From Fistulifera solaris (taxonomy: Eukaryota), in NCBI GenBank assembly GCA_030295235.1, contig AP026157.1, forward strand, positions 248,001-312,000: DNA of 64,000 bases, written 5' to 3'. The notes below the pieces were generated by a model. That model saw only the letters and a list, made by a program, of their open reading frames with translations. It was not told the origin of the DNA and did not search any database. Positions 1 through 11,935 of this stretch are shown here, one piece after another (within the stretch, counting starts at the first letter, position 1; every line of letters begins with the position of its first letter). Both the position numbers and the translations under genes were made by a program.

Positions 1-1639
1 TCTTTCCGGAGAAGACACGACCAAAGGCATAGAAACGACCCTTATCGGAGGTGGGAACCATCTTGGAAATGTACATGCACAAAGGAGCATCCGGACTGGT
101 GTCGCACGTACGAATGGCCGTGGCGGTAGCATCATCCAGCGGTCCGTCGTAGAGGGTCTCCACACGGTACTTTTGTGCCTGCGCCGGGGAAGGCAAGTGC
201 AAGACAATCATCTCCAACACAGTGTCACCCGCAGGAAGCCACTTTTGCATAACACGCTTCAAGAGCTGCTTGCCGACGAGTTCCTTTTCTTCACCCTTGA
301 GTTCCACATCAATGGCCTTGAGCATCTTCTTGACCTTTCCGTGCTTCTCGGACATGATGGCCTCGAAGAGGGTGGTGATGGGCGTCGCAATGAACTGACA
401 GAAAGCACGTTCGAGAGTACCTCCCTTGTCGGACGTGGTCCATACTTTGCGTCCGGCATCAAAATACCAGTCACCCCACAATTTTTCCATCATTTTCTCT
501 TCTCCGACACCAAACTTCTCACCATAATCAATGGCGAACCGCTTGAGCGTGAAGGCCCACTGATGCAAACCACTACCAAAGGCGACCGTTCCCTTGGTGG
601 GATGAACTTGCAGATCACCCAAGGACTCGTCATTGTACGTCGCCACAATCACATTGACGGACTCAATGGAACGGCAAAAGGCCTGATACAACTCTTCGGC
701 GGGCAACTGGAGTTCGAGCAAGGCCCGATCGACCTTGTTGACCATGAGTACGGGCTTGACACGTTCCGAAATGGCTTGACGCAAGACGGTTTCGGTTTGC
801 ACGCACACACCATCAATGGTATCGACTACCACGAGAGCACCATCGGTGACACGCAAGGCGGCCGTGACTTCGGACGAAAAGTCGACGTGACCGGGACTGT
901 CAATCAAGTTAATCAAGTACGAGTTCTCACTGATTCGAACATTGCCTTCGGCAGCCGCCTTGTCTTCCAATTCCTTCGTACGAGCCGCTTCTTCTTCTTC
1001 GGTCATACCGGCCGGCTTGCCGGTCTTCATATCGTACTCAAAGAACATACTGATCCCGGTGGACTTGATGGTAATACCACGTTCGGCTTCATCGGCACGA
1101 GTATCGGTGTAGCGGGCTCCACCGGCGGCTTTGGAACTGATAATACCGGCCTTTTGGACCAAACTGTCCGTGAGTGTCGTCTTGCCGTGATCGACGTGCG
1201 CAATCACGGACATACTGCGAATGTTGTGCTTCAAGTCCATGATGGACCGCATCTGGTCTACGGAAAAGTTCACCTATAGAAACAGAGACGTATGTGTGTG
1301 AGTTCTACTGCAGATCGAGAACAAAGAACGAGCTGCACACTTTGCAGGGCCAACGAGATCTTCCCAAAAGGACTCTCTCCTAACGTCGTTCTTCCTCTTT
1401 GAACCATCAATATACATCCAGGGATCGAACGAAAGATCTTTTCCTTGTCAAAAAGCATTGAATTGGCTCGATTTCTGCCCGAAAGACACTCCTTTGACAC
1501 CATCGCGTTCACGACCGTTCCTCGGGTACTCGTTTCTACACAAGATTCGCGTCCGAGATTCCTCCATCTTTGAGATGACTGGATGTCTTTCATTCTCCCC
1601 CAATCTTTGTTTGATTCTACAATTGAATATACTCACCAT
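1..1639 (-). CDS. EF2: Translation elongation factor 2 (eEF2), 5' part; runs off the left edge
   Basis: ATG at 1639-1637 is followed immediately by a GTGAGT...CTATAG intron (1636-1274). Exon 2 reads [38 protein letters not shown]...[27 protein letters not shown], the eEF2 N-terminus with G1 and switch I motifs. Confidence 0.96.
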
Positions 1640-2058
1640 GGTTGTAGCGTTTTCTTTTTCTTTTCAACAAAATAACAATGAAACGTTTTACAGCGTGTTA
1701 CTTTGTTTGACGGCAACGATCGAGTGTGTCTGCTGCTTTTCGTCGCGGCATGCTTTCGCGGCAGCGAGAGACAATCCTGCGGACGGCGAAGAATAGGTTA
1801 TGAGTCTAGTAAGCAGGCGAGGAAGCGCCTCTACTCTACCAGCTAGAGTCAGCCGGTGACAGGCATGCTTCGCGATCGATCGACTGACGTAGAACTTCGG
1901 TTTCCTCTGAGATCGTGGATACTAGGGACTGAATGCTCGGTGCAACAAAAAACAAGACACTCTAGTATTTATGGAGATTGCTTGTCTTGATAGCCTTTGA
2001 TCACTCAATGATTCAAGAATGAATAGTACAACAAAACATTATTATTATTTCCTACTCC

Positions 2059-4356
2059 TTACTTCGATTCCACAAAGACCGACTTGTATTTGTCTTGGAC
2101 CACATTCCGTTTCACTTTATAGGATTGCGTCAAGAGACCATTCACCATGGCAAAGGGTTCCAACGTCAAGTGTACATCTCCCACTTGTTCCCATTTGCGG
2201 AACTTTTTGGAGGTGACTTTTGTATGTCCGACAAGATGCGTTGTTTGAGTTCTCGATTGTTGACTAGTTTTTGAGACGCTAGATTCAAAATCTCCAAAGC
2301 CTCGGAAGCATCTTCCGGACTGCATTTGGGATCATTGACTCGATCTGCTTGCTTTTGCAACAATTCGGATTCCGACGTATATTCACCCAAGGCACTGGGT
2401 TTCAATACCACTACTGCAACGACGCGACGCCCGTCTTGTCCCGTCAACATGATTTGATCAATCAATTCACATTGTCCCAAAATAGCATCTTCGATCGGCG
2501 TCGGTTCAATGTTCTCTCCATTGCTCAACACAATGGTGTCTTTCGCACGACCCGTTAAAATCAAATCGCCCGTCGCCGGATTGATGCGTCCCAAATCACC
2601 GGTATCAAACCATCCTTTCTCATTCAACACGGCGGCCGTCGCTTCGGGATTCTTGTAATACCCCTGCATAATCTGCGGACCCCGGCCCCAAATAATCCCC
2701 GGTTCTCCAATTTTCACGGGCTGTTTGGTATCCGGATCCACAATTTGCAGTTGGGTATATTGACAGGGATGTCCCGCACAACCGGCCGTGACCAAATTCG
2801 TATCCGAACGTCGATACGACAACAGCGGCGCACATTCGGTCAAACCGTATCCGACACACACGGTCATTCCTGCCGCTTGATAGAATTCTTCCAAAGACCC
2901 CGCGAGGGCACTGCCACCACTAATGACCGTCTTGACACGTCCACCGAACCCATCCAATACTTTGGACCACACCAATTTGTTCCCCACGGCTTGTAGTGGT
3001 TTCAAGAATGTCACTATCCCACGCGATGCCCATTGTTCAAGGATACCCGGTGCTTCTTCGCCCACGACCAATCCCTGCAACCGCGCTTCGTGTCGATGAA
3101 ATGTCTTACTGACTTTGGTAAAGAACTTGGACAAGACTTTCACGACAACACTTCCAGCATTGAATTTGTCTTGCACACCGAGCGCAATTTTTTCCAACAC
3201 GCGCGGCACCAAAACCAACCATTGCGGTTGATGTTGGGCTAAATCTTGCTTGAAGGTCCGAATGGAACTGTACACAATGGCACACCCCGACTGGCCATCC
3301 ATAATTCGAACGATCGTTCGGTAATATGCCAAATCGGTAACAAACTCAACATACAATCTCCCGGAATAGGTTCTTGCGATGGCGATTGGGACAAACGATG
3401 CGATGTTTGATGCAACAAATTGCCGTGCGACAACATGACACCTTTCGGATGTCCCGTCGTTCCACTCGTGTACACGATGGTAGCCAAATCGTCGCGTTTC
3501 ACTTTCGGCAATACGGTCCAAGGATCCGTCTTCGCCAACAAATCTGGAAAAAAGCACACTTGCACACCGGCTTGTTGCGCCAATTGTTGAATCTCATCGT
3601 CGGAATGTTTTTCGCGATGCAACAACAAAACCGTCTTGACAGGTCCATGCGCGGCATTCCACAAGCCTAATGGTTTGTTGGGCGTCGAACACTTCATCAA
3701 GGCTTTCAATAATTTGGGTCCTTGCAATACGCAGACGTGTTTGGAATCGGAATGTTCATAAATGTACTGCAATTCTGTGAGGGGGGCATCGGCCCCCGGA
3801 CCGCCGAAACACCTCCTAAGAGCTGTAAACCTTGATCGGCAATCAACCAATGCGCGGCATTTTCCGCCAAGAACGCCACTTTATCGTGTTTCCGAATGCC
3901 CAGCTGCGAAAAGACCGCGGCACTTTTTTGGACCTGCACAGCCATTTGTTGAAAATTGTAGTCCACAGCCGGTTCCGTGAGGCGTTCATCGAATACGGCA
4001 CGGTACTCCGGCACGACTTGGGCCAACGCCGACCACAAGGCCGGACAGGAGGAAATGGATTCACGAATTGTTTGCAATTTGGCCACGACGGGGTCGGGTC
4101 GTTGTTGTTGTTGTTGTTGTGGATTGTTGTTCTTGTTGTGGTTATTATTCAAAACATTCCCAAAGACATCCGTCGAACGACGATGATCCGAAATTGCCGT
4201 ATCATCACCAAATAAAATTTCTTCTTCGACTTCCGTCAAGGTTTCTTTGGTAGGAGTCGCTCGCAATAGCGTCAGTTGTGTTTTCGACTGAGGAAGAATC
4301 GGAAACGCCGTCGTTAGCCAAGGAACGACGACAAGGCAACAAAGTAATCGTATCAT
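2059..4356 (-). CDS. Long-chain acyl-CoA/acyl-ACP synthetase (AMP-binding), probably plastid-targeted
   Basis: Joined from ORFs 3706-4356, 3239-3850, 2166-3557 and 2059-2325 (three apparent frameshifts). Motifs YTSGTTGHPKGV, GYGLTE, GWFDTGDLG, GRAKDTIVLSNGENIEP and NGLLTQSYKVKR. Signal peptide ends TTA-FP (ASAFAP-like). Confidence 0.9.
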
Positions 4357-5060
4357 TGTGATGTGAAATGGATTTGTTGTGAATATAGGATCGAATTACA
4401 AGCGAAAAACAGACGCCATTCGACTTAACGCATGTTTCAAGAATCTCCCTCCATCATCGTCGCATCATATTTTGCAAAAATCATCCACTTCAACGTCGTC
4501 CGGACGCTGAGCAGACTGCGCGACGACGCGTCCGTCGTTCTGTCCGTCCGCTAATAAAACACCGCGTGACCTGTTTCATTCCCACTTCAACCGGGTGGCC
4601 TCTAGGGATCCAACGTATTTCAGAGAAAACACAGTGGTAACTGCCCTGATTGAAATAGAGGTTGGGCTAGAGACAATAATTGCAGACTAGCCTATTCGAA
4701 ATAGAACGTTACTATTGTACCCCTATCTGCCGGTCTACTGCGTAGGAATCGTCTGTCAAAGATGCGCCGCTGCAGATTGCGCAATCCGAAAACGATCACC
4801 TCAAAACTCAAAACATATTATAGCCCTTAGTTATTCGTCATCGTGTCTCGAAAAGTGTTTTATGGGAGTAGAACACTGTCCGTCGAATTCTACGACGTCT
4901 TCGCAGACTAACTAGTTCGAAAAATGGTATAGCTTTTTGACGCCAACGAAGCCTCGGAACACCCTTTCCATTTGAAATCAAACCAGGTACGATACGGCTG
5001 TCAAATTCTACGAGAGGGACGTGGGGTTCTGTCGCAAACTATTCAGTCCGAAATACGTCG

Positions 5061-5100
5061 CTCGTTTCGAGTAGGTATCGCTCGTTTCGAGTAGGTATCG
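5061..5100. repeat. Perfect 20-bp tandem duplication (CTCGTTTCGAGTAGGTATCG x2)
   Basis: Directly visible at 5061-5080 and 5081-5100. Confidence 0.9.
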
Positions 5101-5355
5101 TGCAAATCACATTCTGGATTCATTATTGCCCTCCTTTGTTCGTCATCTAGTGGCATAACCTATTCAAAAACAGTTCGCTGAGAATGGGATTGCTTCGTTG
5201 TTTTATACGCTTCGCGTTTCGTCCTCCCAAATATTGAAAAATTCAACATTCCGTGCAGTCATCTGTACTCACAAAAACAAACAGCACCCAAACACATATT
5301 ATTATATCCTCTTTGCCATCTACACAGAAATTGGTATCATACACATACAACGACC

Positions 5356-5937
5356 ATGGCGGACAGTTTACCCGATCGCATGAATGCCATTGTTTTGTCG
5401 GACGACGATGAAATGCCCAAAAGGAAACGACGAAAGACTTCCTCTGATGATAAGAAGCATGCGTATTACCGGCAGCTGGTCGCTCAAGTCTTGGTTCGTT
5501 ATCAAGAAGAACGATCGAACGACGCCCAAATACCCGAGCACAACGACCAGCAGATAACATGTCCCAACCGTCGAAGTGTCGGCGCGAGTCCCAAAATGAA
5601 ACAAGACGATGACGATCCCAGTCAATCCAAAGATTCCATAATGATTCTCAAAATCAACGACCACGATGTATTGTTTGGTCGTCGTTCCGCGCAACGCAAT
5701 CATCCGGGAAATTTAAAATTGCGCGAAATGTGTTGCAACCTGCAAGCGGATTACCGTGACAGCCATCGTTCGCAAAAGACGGCCATGACGTGGCGGATTG
5801 TGCACACCATCCAAGCGCGGGGTGGTCGATTTTTGAAAGAAGAGGAAGAAGACGTCTGGCGCGAAGTGAGTCCGGAAGTGGCGCGGGAAAAAGTCGCTTT
5901 CACGATCCGCGATTTGAATGTCTCCGAATGCCATTGA
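5356..5937 (+). CDS. DUF6824-type diatom protein (putative regulator)
   Basis: 193-aa ORF with the family signature DVLFGR...HPGN...IV..I...GGRFLK...W.EV....AREKV and a basic KRKRRK NLS-like patch. Confidence 0.8.
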   Translation: MADSLPDRMNAIVLSDDDEMPKRKRRKTSSDDKKHAYYRQLVAQVLVRYQEERSNDAQIPEHNDQQITCPNRRSVGASPKMKQDDDDPSQSKDSIMILKINDHDVLFGRRSAQRNHPGNLKLREMCCNLQADYRDSHRSQKTAMTWRIVHTIQARGGRFLKEEEEDVWREVSPEVAREKVAFTIRDLNVSECH

Positions 5938-6841
5938 ATGACAAAAATGCATGAAACTGAATGAAACGAATGTATAAAGAATTGCAGCAACGAAGTGAGG
6001 CCACAGAGGATTTTTGGCCATTTTTAGTGGCCTGTAAAGATGAGGCCAGTTGGAACAAAAATTTTGTAGCAGACGAGTGACTGCCCCGAGATTGGAGGCC
6101 ACTGCACTTGTTCGAATGAGATGTCAAAGCTCGCGGATTTTTTTAAACGTATTTGAAGAAATAGTTAGATGAACCTGTCAGTGCGGGTCTCGTAGGCTAT
6201 AGGACGACAAATGTTTGCGGTACTTCCTTGCGTCTCGAATTGCGAAGAAATAGGGCGATCTTGCGCGCTCTTGTGGTCTGCCGACGACTCTTCGTCGAGA
6301 GGCGACCGCGCTTCGTCACTCATCCCATTGATTCTCCGTTTATTCCATTGTTGATCTTTGAAGAGAAATGGTATCGTTGTAGGTGAACTATTTCGAGGGA
6401 AAAGAAAAGTTATACAACTACAATGAATTGAAGCGCACACACGGTTTTGAATGAGAAAATAATGAGATGTCGTTCAATAAAAGGTGGCGCGCGCTTTTTT
6501 CTCATCCGCGAAATTGAACGAAGCACAGACGAAATTCAGTACACCTTGTCCCACACTCGGTCCATCCTTCGTCAGGATGCTGAATTGCACGACGTCATTC
6601 ACTCGTCAACCGAAAGATACTATCAAAAACAAAAAAAAGCCGAGACTATCGTTTTCGATGAAAAGCAGCAAACGGACTACGAAATTAACATAGACTAGTC
6701 ATCATTATTGAGTTATATGCAAGTCATCATTCTACTGGTATGTTACGGGTAATATTGGCTACGTTTGCGACAACCAGGTAGTTGGCGTTCTCAAGCATGC
6801 AAAGTCTAAGTAATCTCGGAGAATGATGATGGATTCATTCT

Positions 6842-8427
6842 TCACAAACACGCTGAATCACGAGCACAGGTCTCGTATTCTTTCAACAAATAATCCATCA
6901 CATCATTTGCAGAATAGCCCCATTTTCCCTCATCTTGTTTCACAAAACGACGGCAAAATGCGACATCATCACCCATGGTCACTAGCCCGGGTTCTTTTTT
7001 ATTTCCTGACAACACTTGCGGATAGCCGGCATCGGCGCACAAGGCATTGCACAAACATTTACGTCCTTCGGTGGCTTCCAAAGTCCCGCCTTTTTGATGT
7101 AAGCATCGACCGGTTCCGCCGCGCAACGAAAGTTAATGGTTCCTTGTTCGGTCACAAACGGAGTTCGCAGATAGCCCAAATTACACACTCGAGGACGCTG
7201 CTCGTACACGTTCGTTTCCGACAAAGTGTCCGGAATTTGCAACACTTTGAACGGAAAACCCGTCGGTGACGCGTGCGGATCGGTAAAGACTTGCGTCGAA
7301 TCATTCATGAGACGCTGCAATGTCGATTGACGAACGTGATCCGTCATACCCGATTCGTTCGCCAAAGCAAACGCCGTCCCCACCTGAATACCTTGTCCAC
7401 CCATGGCCAGTACTTGATGAAACTTGTCCGCACAACTTCCCGCCAACCAAAACGGCAATCCTTGTGTCGCTTGCTGGAATTGCTGTAAATCAACTTGATC
7501 TTTGGGACCGTACACAGGTTCACCCAGCTCATTGAGCTGCATGGAACCCCGGGGAGGCGCATTGTGGCCACCGGCCGTGGGCAGTTCAATCACAAAGCCT
7601 TGAATACCGCGGGTGGGACCGGCGCCCGTCGCACGTTTGAGCATCGATTGGGCCAACACCACGGAACTGACAATCGGCAGAAAGGAAGGGCGTTGTAAGG
7701 GAGTGCTAGAAAGTGCGGGTTTGCCCGCGTTGGCCCAGAATTCCGCCGGAGAAAAGTGAAACGTAGCGGCCATTCCTGTTGGGAGTTTGCCTTCCACATC
7801 CAGCGACATGGAACACGCCTCGCCCTGGGCCAACCGGTCCAAGAAACCCGGAATCGCCATGGGAATGCCCGCGCCCATGATGACGTAATCAACATCGGCC
7901 AGCATGGCACCGTACAAACTAGGCAGTGTCGGAAGTTGGACCTTGGTGAGTAAATTGATACCTACCATACCACCCGTCGATGTACCATCGTCGTTGTGTT
8001 TCGCCAGCCACACTTCGGCAAAATTGGCCAAGACGGTGACTTCCAACAATGCTTGCGAAGGTGTCAACGTCCACATGGGAAGACTTTTGAAGGGTTTGTT
8101 TGCGTGCTTGCCGCCCGGAATGTAGTAACGATCCAAAACGCGTTGGACCATGTCTTGGTCGGGGAAATGGCGTAAAGCGCGGAGCATGTCACCATCGCCC
8201 GATTGCAAACTGCGCACGAGAATGGTATCCATGGCCGTCCCCGAAATGACTCCCAATTCACCGCGCTTCGAAACTTCCCGCGCCAATCTCCAATTTGAAA
8301 TGCGGATCCCCATGCCGCCTTGAATGATGCGGGGGAGTGGTTGGGGCAACGCAGTGGTCATTTGCAAAGAGCTCCATCCATGAGACATACTCAGCAAGCA
8401 GCCGAATAGATAAATGAAACGTAACAT
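6842..8427 (-). CDS. Nitronate monooxygenase / 2-nitropropane dioxygenase-like FMN enzyme (bacterial type) with N-terminal signal peptide
   Basis: Motifs IIQGGMG, AGGHNAPPRG and GIQVGTAF. Frameshift near 7090 joins ORF 6982-8439 to 6842-7126 (RKCLCNAL...). Likely start ATG at 8427 (MLRFIYLFGCLLSMSHG-WSS). Confidence 0.85.
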
Positions 8428-8955
8428 GATTCCTGGCACTGTAGTTAGAGAGATGGTGCAGAAAATCTTTGGTTTTTGTGAGGTTTAGAAGAAACGCAAT
8501 AATGAGAAAGCAAGAAAAAGTGGTCGCCGGATCGGATTCGCATTTGGTACTGATTACGTCGACTTTGTGCGTGTCTTAGAATCACTCGTACGGTACTGAT
8601 TCCTTATCTACAGACATTGTTCAGGAAAAGTATTTAGAAAGTCTTTTTGTGCTAATGCGAACCGGAACATTATTATTCTTGAAAAGGAGCTTACGAAAGC
8701 AAACAACGATGACAAGAATCTGATCGCATTCGTTTGTCACATTCCGCATGGCATGACTCTTTTTTTGATGAAAGAAACTGTAGCTTTTTTTTCTTTCAAG
8801 GAACAACGCTTCCGCACTTGTCACCAATGAAATGTTAAAATTCTCTTTATAGCAACACACCTACTCCAGTAATCAACGTAATCATGTTGCGTTACTATAA
8901 TGCATTCCTGATACTAAATTTACTCCTTCAATTTTAGTATGACCTTTCCACACTA

Positions 8956-10257
8956 TTATCGTTTCGAACCTTTCGAAGAATCCGCCTTGCCCAAATCATC
9001 GCCCCACAAAATGGGCAATACCAAATCTTCTTGACGCAACATCCCCCGCGCCGCTTTCATAGAAGCCTTCAAACACTGATTCGGTGTCGTATTGGGTTGA
9101 TTGAAGGCTCCCAATAGCATGGAAGATTCCCCGGATATGCGACTGCTCGTACTACCGGGACTCGTGAGACTCTTCTTGTGGGGCACATCGCGCTTTTTCT
9201 GAAAATCCATCATGATTTCTTGTTGTGCCCGAATGACTTCTTTAATGCGTTCCAGTTCGTAATATTCCGTCCCATCAATGTCATTGTAATCGAGACGCGA
9301 TGGTTGTTGGAGTTCGGCAATTTCGCGTTGCAGATCCGCCGTATGGAATGCATCGTGACTCGAAAAGGAGTTATTGTGGTTGTTATTGTTGCGAGTGCCA
9401 AATTGCGACAAAATATCGCGTTGAATATCAATGAGTTCCCGAATTTGTTCCGTCCGCAGTAATTCCAATTCCTCATCGCCTTCTTCGGTGGTACTCAGAT
9501 CTTGCTGTGCCGACGCGGCCGTCTCGGGCGCATCACGACGATGCCCACACATTTCACATACCAAATGCAACGGATTGTCATTGCGGTAGGTACAGGCCGC
9601 ACAATCCCACGGTTTCACCGAATTGTTCCCATTCCAGTGACGAAAGGATATCACGGTTGAATCATCGTCCAAGACGGCGGGCATCGTCGCACGACGTGTG
9701 GGAACGGACGTTCGCGTCGTCCGATGACTCGTCAAACTGCTCGTCGACGACTGTAAGACGACGGGCAAACTCATGTGACCCGTCATTTTTTCCGGTTGTT
9801 TGTGATCCAGGATCGAAAAATTGTGATGACTTAACGACGATTCGGACGCATTGCCGTCAAAGAATATGGACGAGTACGACGTATCGTCGCCCGCCATCGA
9901 TTCACTCATATCACTGCTTTCACACGAATCAAAATCGACACTTTTCAACATGCCGCAGACGGAACATTCATTGCTTAATACGGATTGATTGACGGAACGA
10001 CATCCCGCACATTCCCATCCCATGCGTTCATGAAAACTCGGCATGGGCAAATGGACCGATTTTTCTTCCAGTAAGGCACCTTTCGGAAAGGTCGGATGTG
10101 CCGTCGAAGAACCCGCGGATTTCGGAAGTCGGGGACTGCGGTACGAATCAAAGACCCGGGGAGATTGCCGCGGTGAGACGACCGGTAACGAGGTCTTATG
10201 GGGTTTGACGTCGCTGTTGTTTCCTGTAGTAGGAAAGACCACGTCGTTGCGATTCAT
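8956..10257 (-). CDS. Protein with two RanBP2/NZF-type zinc fingers
   Basis: WECAGCRSVN...CSVC and WDCAACTYRN...CEMC match W-x-C-x2-C-x3-N-x(n)-C-x2-C. First ATG is at 10257. Confidence 0.8.
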   Translation of the reverse strand: MNRNDVVFPTTGNNSDVKPHKTSLPVVSPRQSPRVFDSYRSPRLPKSAGSSTAHPTFPKGALLEEKSVHLPMPSFHERMGWECAGCRSVNQSVLSNECSVCGMLKSVDFDSCESSDMSESMAGDDTSYSSIFFDGNASESSLSHHNFSILDHKQPEKMTGHMSLPVVLQSSTSSLTSHRTTRTSVPTRRATMPAVLDDDSTVISFRHWNGNNSVKPWDCAACTYRNDNPLHLVCEMCGHRRDAPETAASAQQDLSTTEEGDEELELLRTEQIRELIDIQRDILSQFGTRNNNNHNNSFSSHDAFHTADLQREIAELQQPSRLDYNDIDGTEYYELERIKEVIRAQQEIMMDFQKKRDVPHKKSLTSPGSTSSRISGESSMLLGAFNQPNTTPNQCLKASMKAARGMLRQEDLVLPILWGDDLGKADSSKGSKR

Positions 10258-10776
10258 TTTGTTTTCTAGAAATAAAAATAAAGAATATTGATAAACAAAG
10301 AATAGAAATAGCAAATGGAATTGAAGGCTGTTGTTATTGAAGGTGCTGTTGTTTGTTGTTGTTGTTGTTCGTTGTGCTGCATCTGCTGCTGCGCTACTTC
10401 TTCGCGGGCGTTGAGAATGTCCCTGCGAAGTTCGTCGTGGGCCCTTCCACTGTTTGTCTGATAGTCAAAGACGAATTCTACACAAACCTCCCTTCCTTGG
10501 GTGACTTTTGGCAGATACTGGTACAGTACTAAGGAGCACAACGTGAGGACGGACCCGCGCGCGTCGCGCCGGCGCAGCTTCAGCTTTGGCCCTTGACCCT
10601 TTCGAACCTTGCCTCGAACAAAAACGAAAGAAAGCTTTCGTCGAACAGGAATGAAGAATCATCATCAAAAAATTTCCATTTGTTTCGACTACTTACTTGT
10701 ATAAAGATTTCCTTTCGTCATTGAAAGGGTGAAGACGAAAGACTATTCATTGTTACCAACATTGTTCAATCGATTC

Positions 10777-11805
10777 ATGAAAGGGCAATTCCTTTCTTTC
10801 TTTTTGCTCGTCCACATGGCTCGCGTGACATCCTTTCTTCTTTCGCATCGATGTACTGCCGTTTTTGCATCCAAACGAAGACATGCCGCTTCGTTGGCAG
10901 AAGAATTACAGCAGGAACCGCTCGCCATTACCATGCCCACGGCATTATCACCATCATCGATACAAACCTTTCGCGATTGTCCGCAATCGTTTTTATTTCA
11001 ATACATTTACAAAATCAAACAACCTGTCAACGCAGCACTCACGACGGGGACCTTGTGTCACGCCGCATTGGAACAAATCTTTGATTTGCCGGCGTCCGAT
11101 CGCACCTTGCACAATTTACAAAATTTGTTTCGACAACAATGGGCCCAAAAACGATTGCAGGCAGATTATCGTCACCTATTTCATGATCAAGAACAACACA
11201 ATCGCGAAGCAGAAATTGCGTGGGGACAATATTCGCTTTCTTTACTAAAACAATATTTTGAATACGAAAATCCGGCCCACGTCGAACGACCCAATCCGTT
11301 GCAACGCGAAGTCTGGGTGCGGGCGCACATTCCCTTTGAGGAAGAAGAATCGTTTCTGGTTCGTGGCATTGTCGATCGCTTCGATATGGTCCGCGATTCA
11401 CAAAACAACATCGTGTTGCGATTATTGGATTACAAAACGGGCAAAGCACCGCAACTCAAATACAGTCCCGCCATGAATCAAAAAATTCGGGATGAAGCCT
11501 TTGAGCAATTGAAAATCTATGCGTTATTGTATCAAGGAGAATTGCCGTTGCGTTATTTGCGACTCTTGTTTTTGACCAGTCCTTCGGGGCGGGCCGTCGC
11601 GATGGATTGGGATTTGGGCGCGACGCCGGAAGAACGTCACGCTGTGCTACAACCGGTTCAACAAGGTCTCGTGGACGTGTATCAACAGATTCGTGCCTTG
11701 GTAGAATCGCAAGATCCGAAAGTATGGAAAGGTTGCGATCGATCGTTTTGTTACTGTCATACGTGTCGTCCCCAATTCGCAGCGGGGTCCGTGTGGGCGC
11801 CTTGA
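10777..11805 (+). CDS. PD-(D/E)XK RecB/Cas4-like exonuclease with putative plastid presequence
   Basis: LSPSS...CP, G...H.ALE, RGIVDRFD (motif II), DYKTG (motif III), QLKIYA (QxxxY) and a C-terminal Cys cluster. N-terminus MKGQFLSFFLLVHMARVTS-FLL. Confidence 0.85.
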   Translation: MKGQFLSFFLLVHMARVTSFLLSHRCTAVFASKRRHAASLAEELQQEPLAITMPTALSPSSIQTFRDCPQSFLFQYIYKIKQPVNAALTTGTLCHAALEQIFDLPASDRTLHNLQNLFRQQWAQKRLQADYRHLFHDQEQHNREAEIAWGQYSLSLLKQYFEYENPAHVERPNPLQREVWVRAHIPFEEEESFLVRGIVDRFDMVRDSQNNIVLRLLDYKTGKAPQLKYSPAMNQKIRDEAFEQLKIYALLYQGELPLRYLRLLFLTSPSGRAVAMDWDLGATPEERHAVLQPVQQGLVDVYQQIRALVESQDPKVWKGCDRSFCYCHTCRPQFAAGSVWAP

Positions 11806-11935
11806 ATCGTTGGTCGATAGACTTATAGAAGAGACTACTACCAAAATACAGGTTTCATTGTTATAAACGTTCATGAGTAACTATCACAAAATAAATAAGA
11901 ATAGGGCCAACATAGGATATAATGATGCGCCTTTC

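Noticed and set aside
173..1279. 368-aa plus-strand ORF
   Set aside because: Antisense shadow of the codon-biased eEF2 gene; no independent motifs and a non-ATG start.
6165..6698. Short ORFs between DUF6824 and the nitronate monooxygenase
   Set aside because: Non-ATG starts and no motifs; cannot be supported as genes.
10266..10668. Short minus-strand ORFs with poly-Q upstream of the zinc-finger gene
   Set aside because: More likely promoter or 5' UTR with a CAA repeat; no coherent reading frame.
10777..11805. CRISPR-Cas locus suggested by the Cas4-like gene
   Set aside because: No repeat-spacer array or other cas genes; the flanking genes are eukaryotic.
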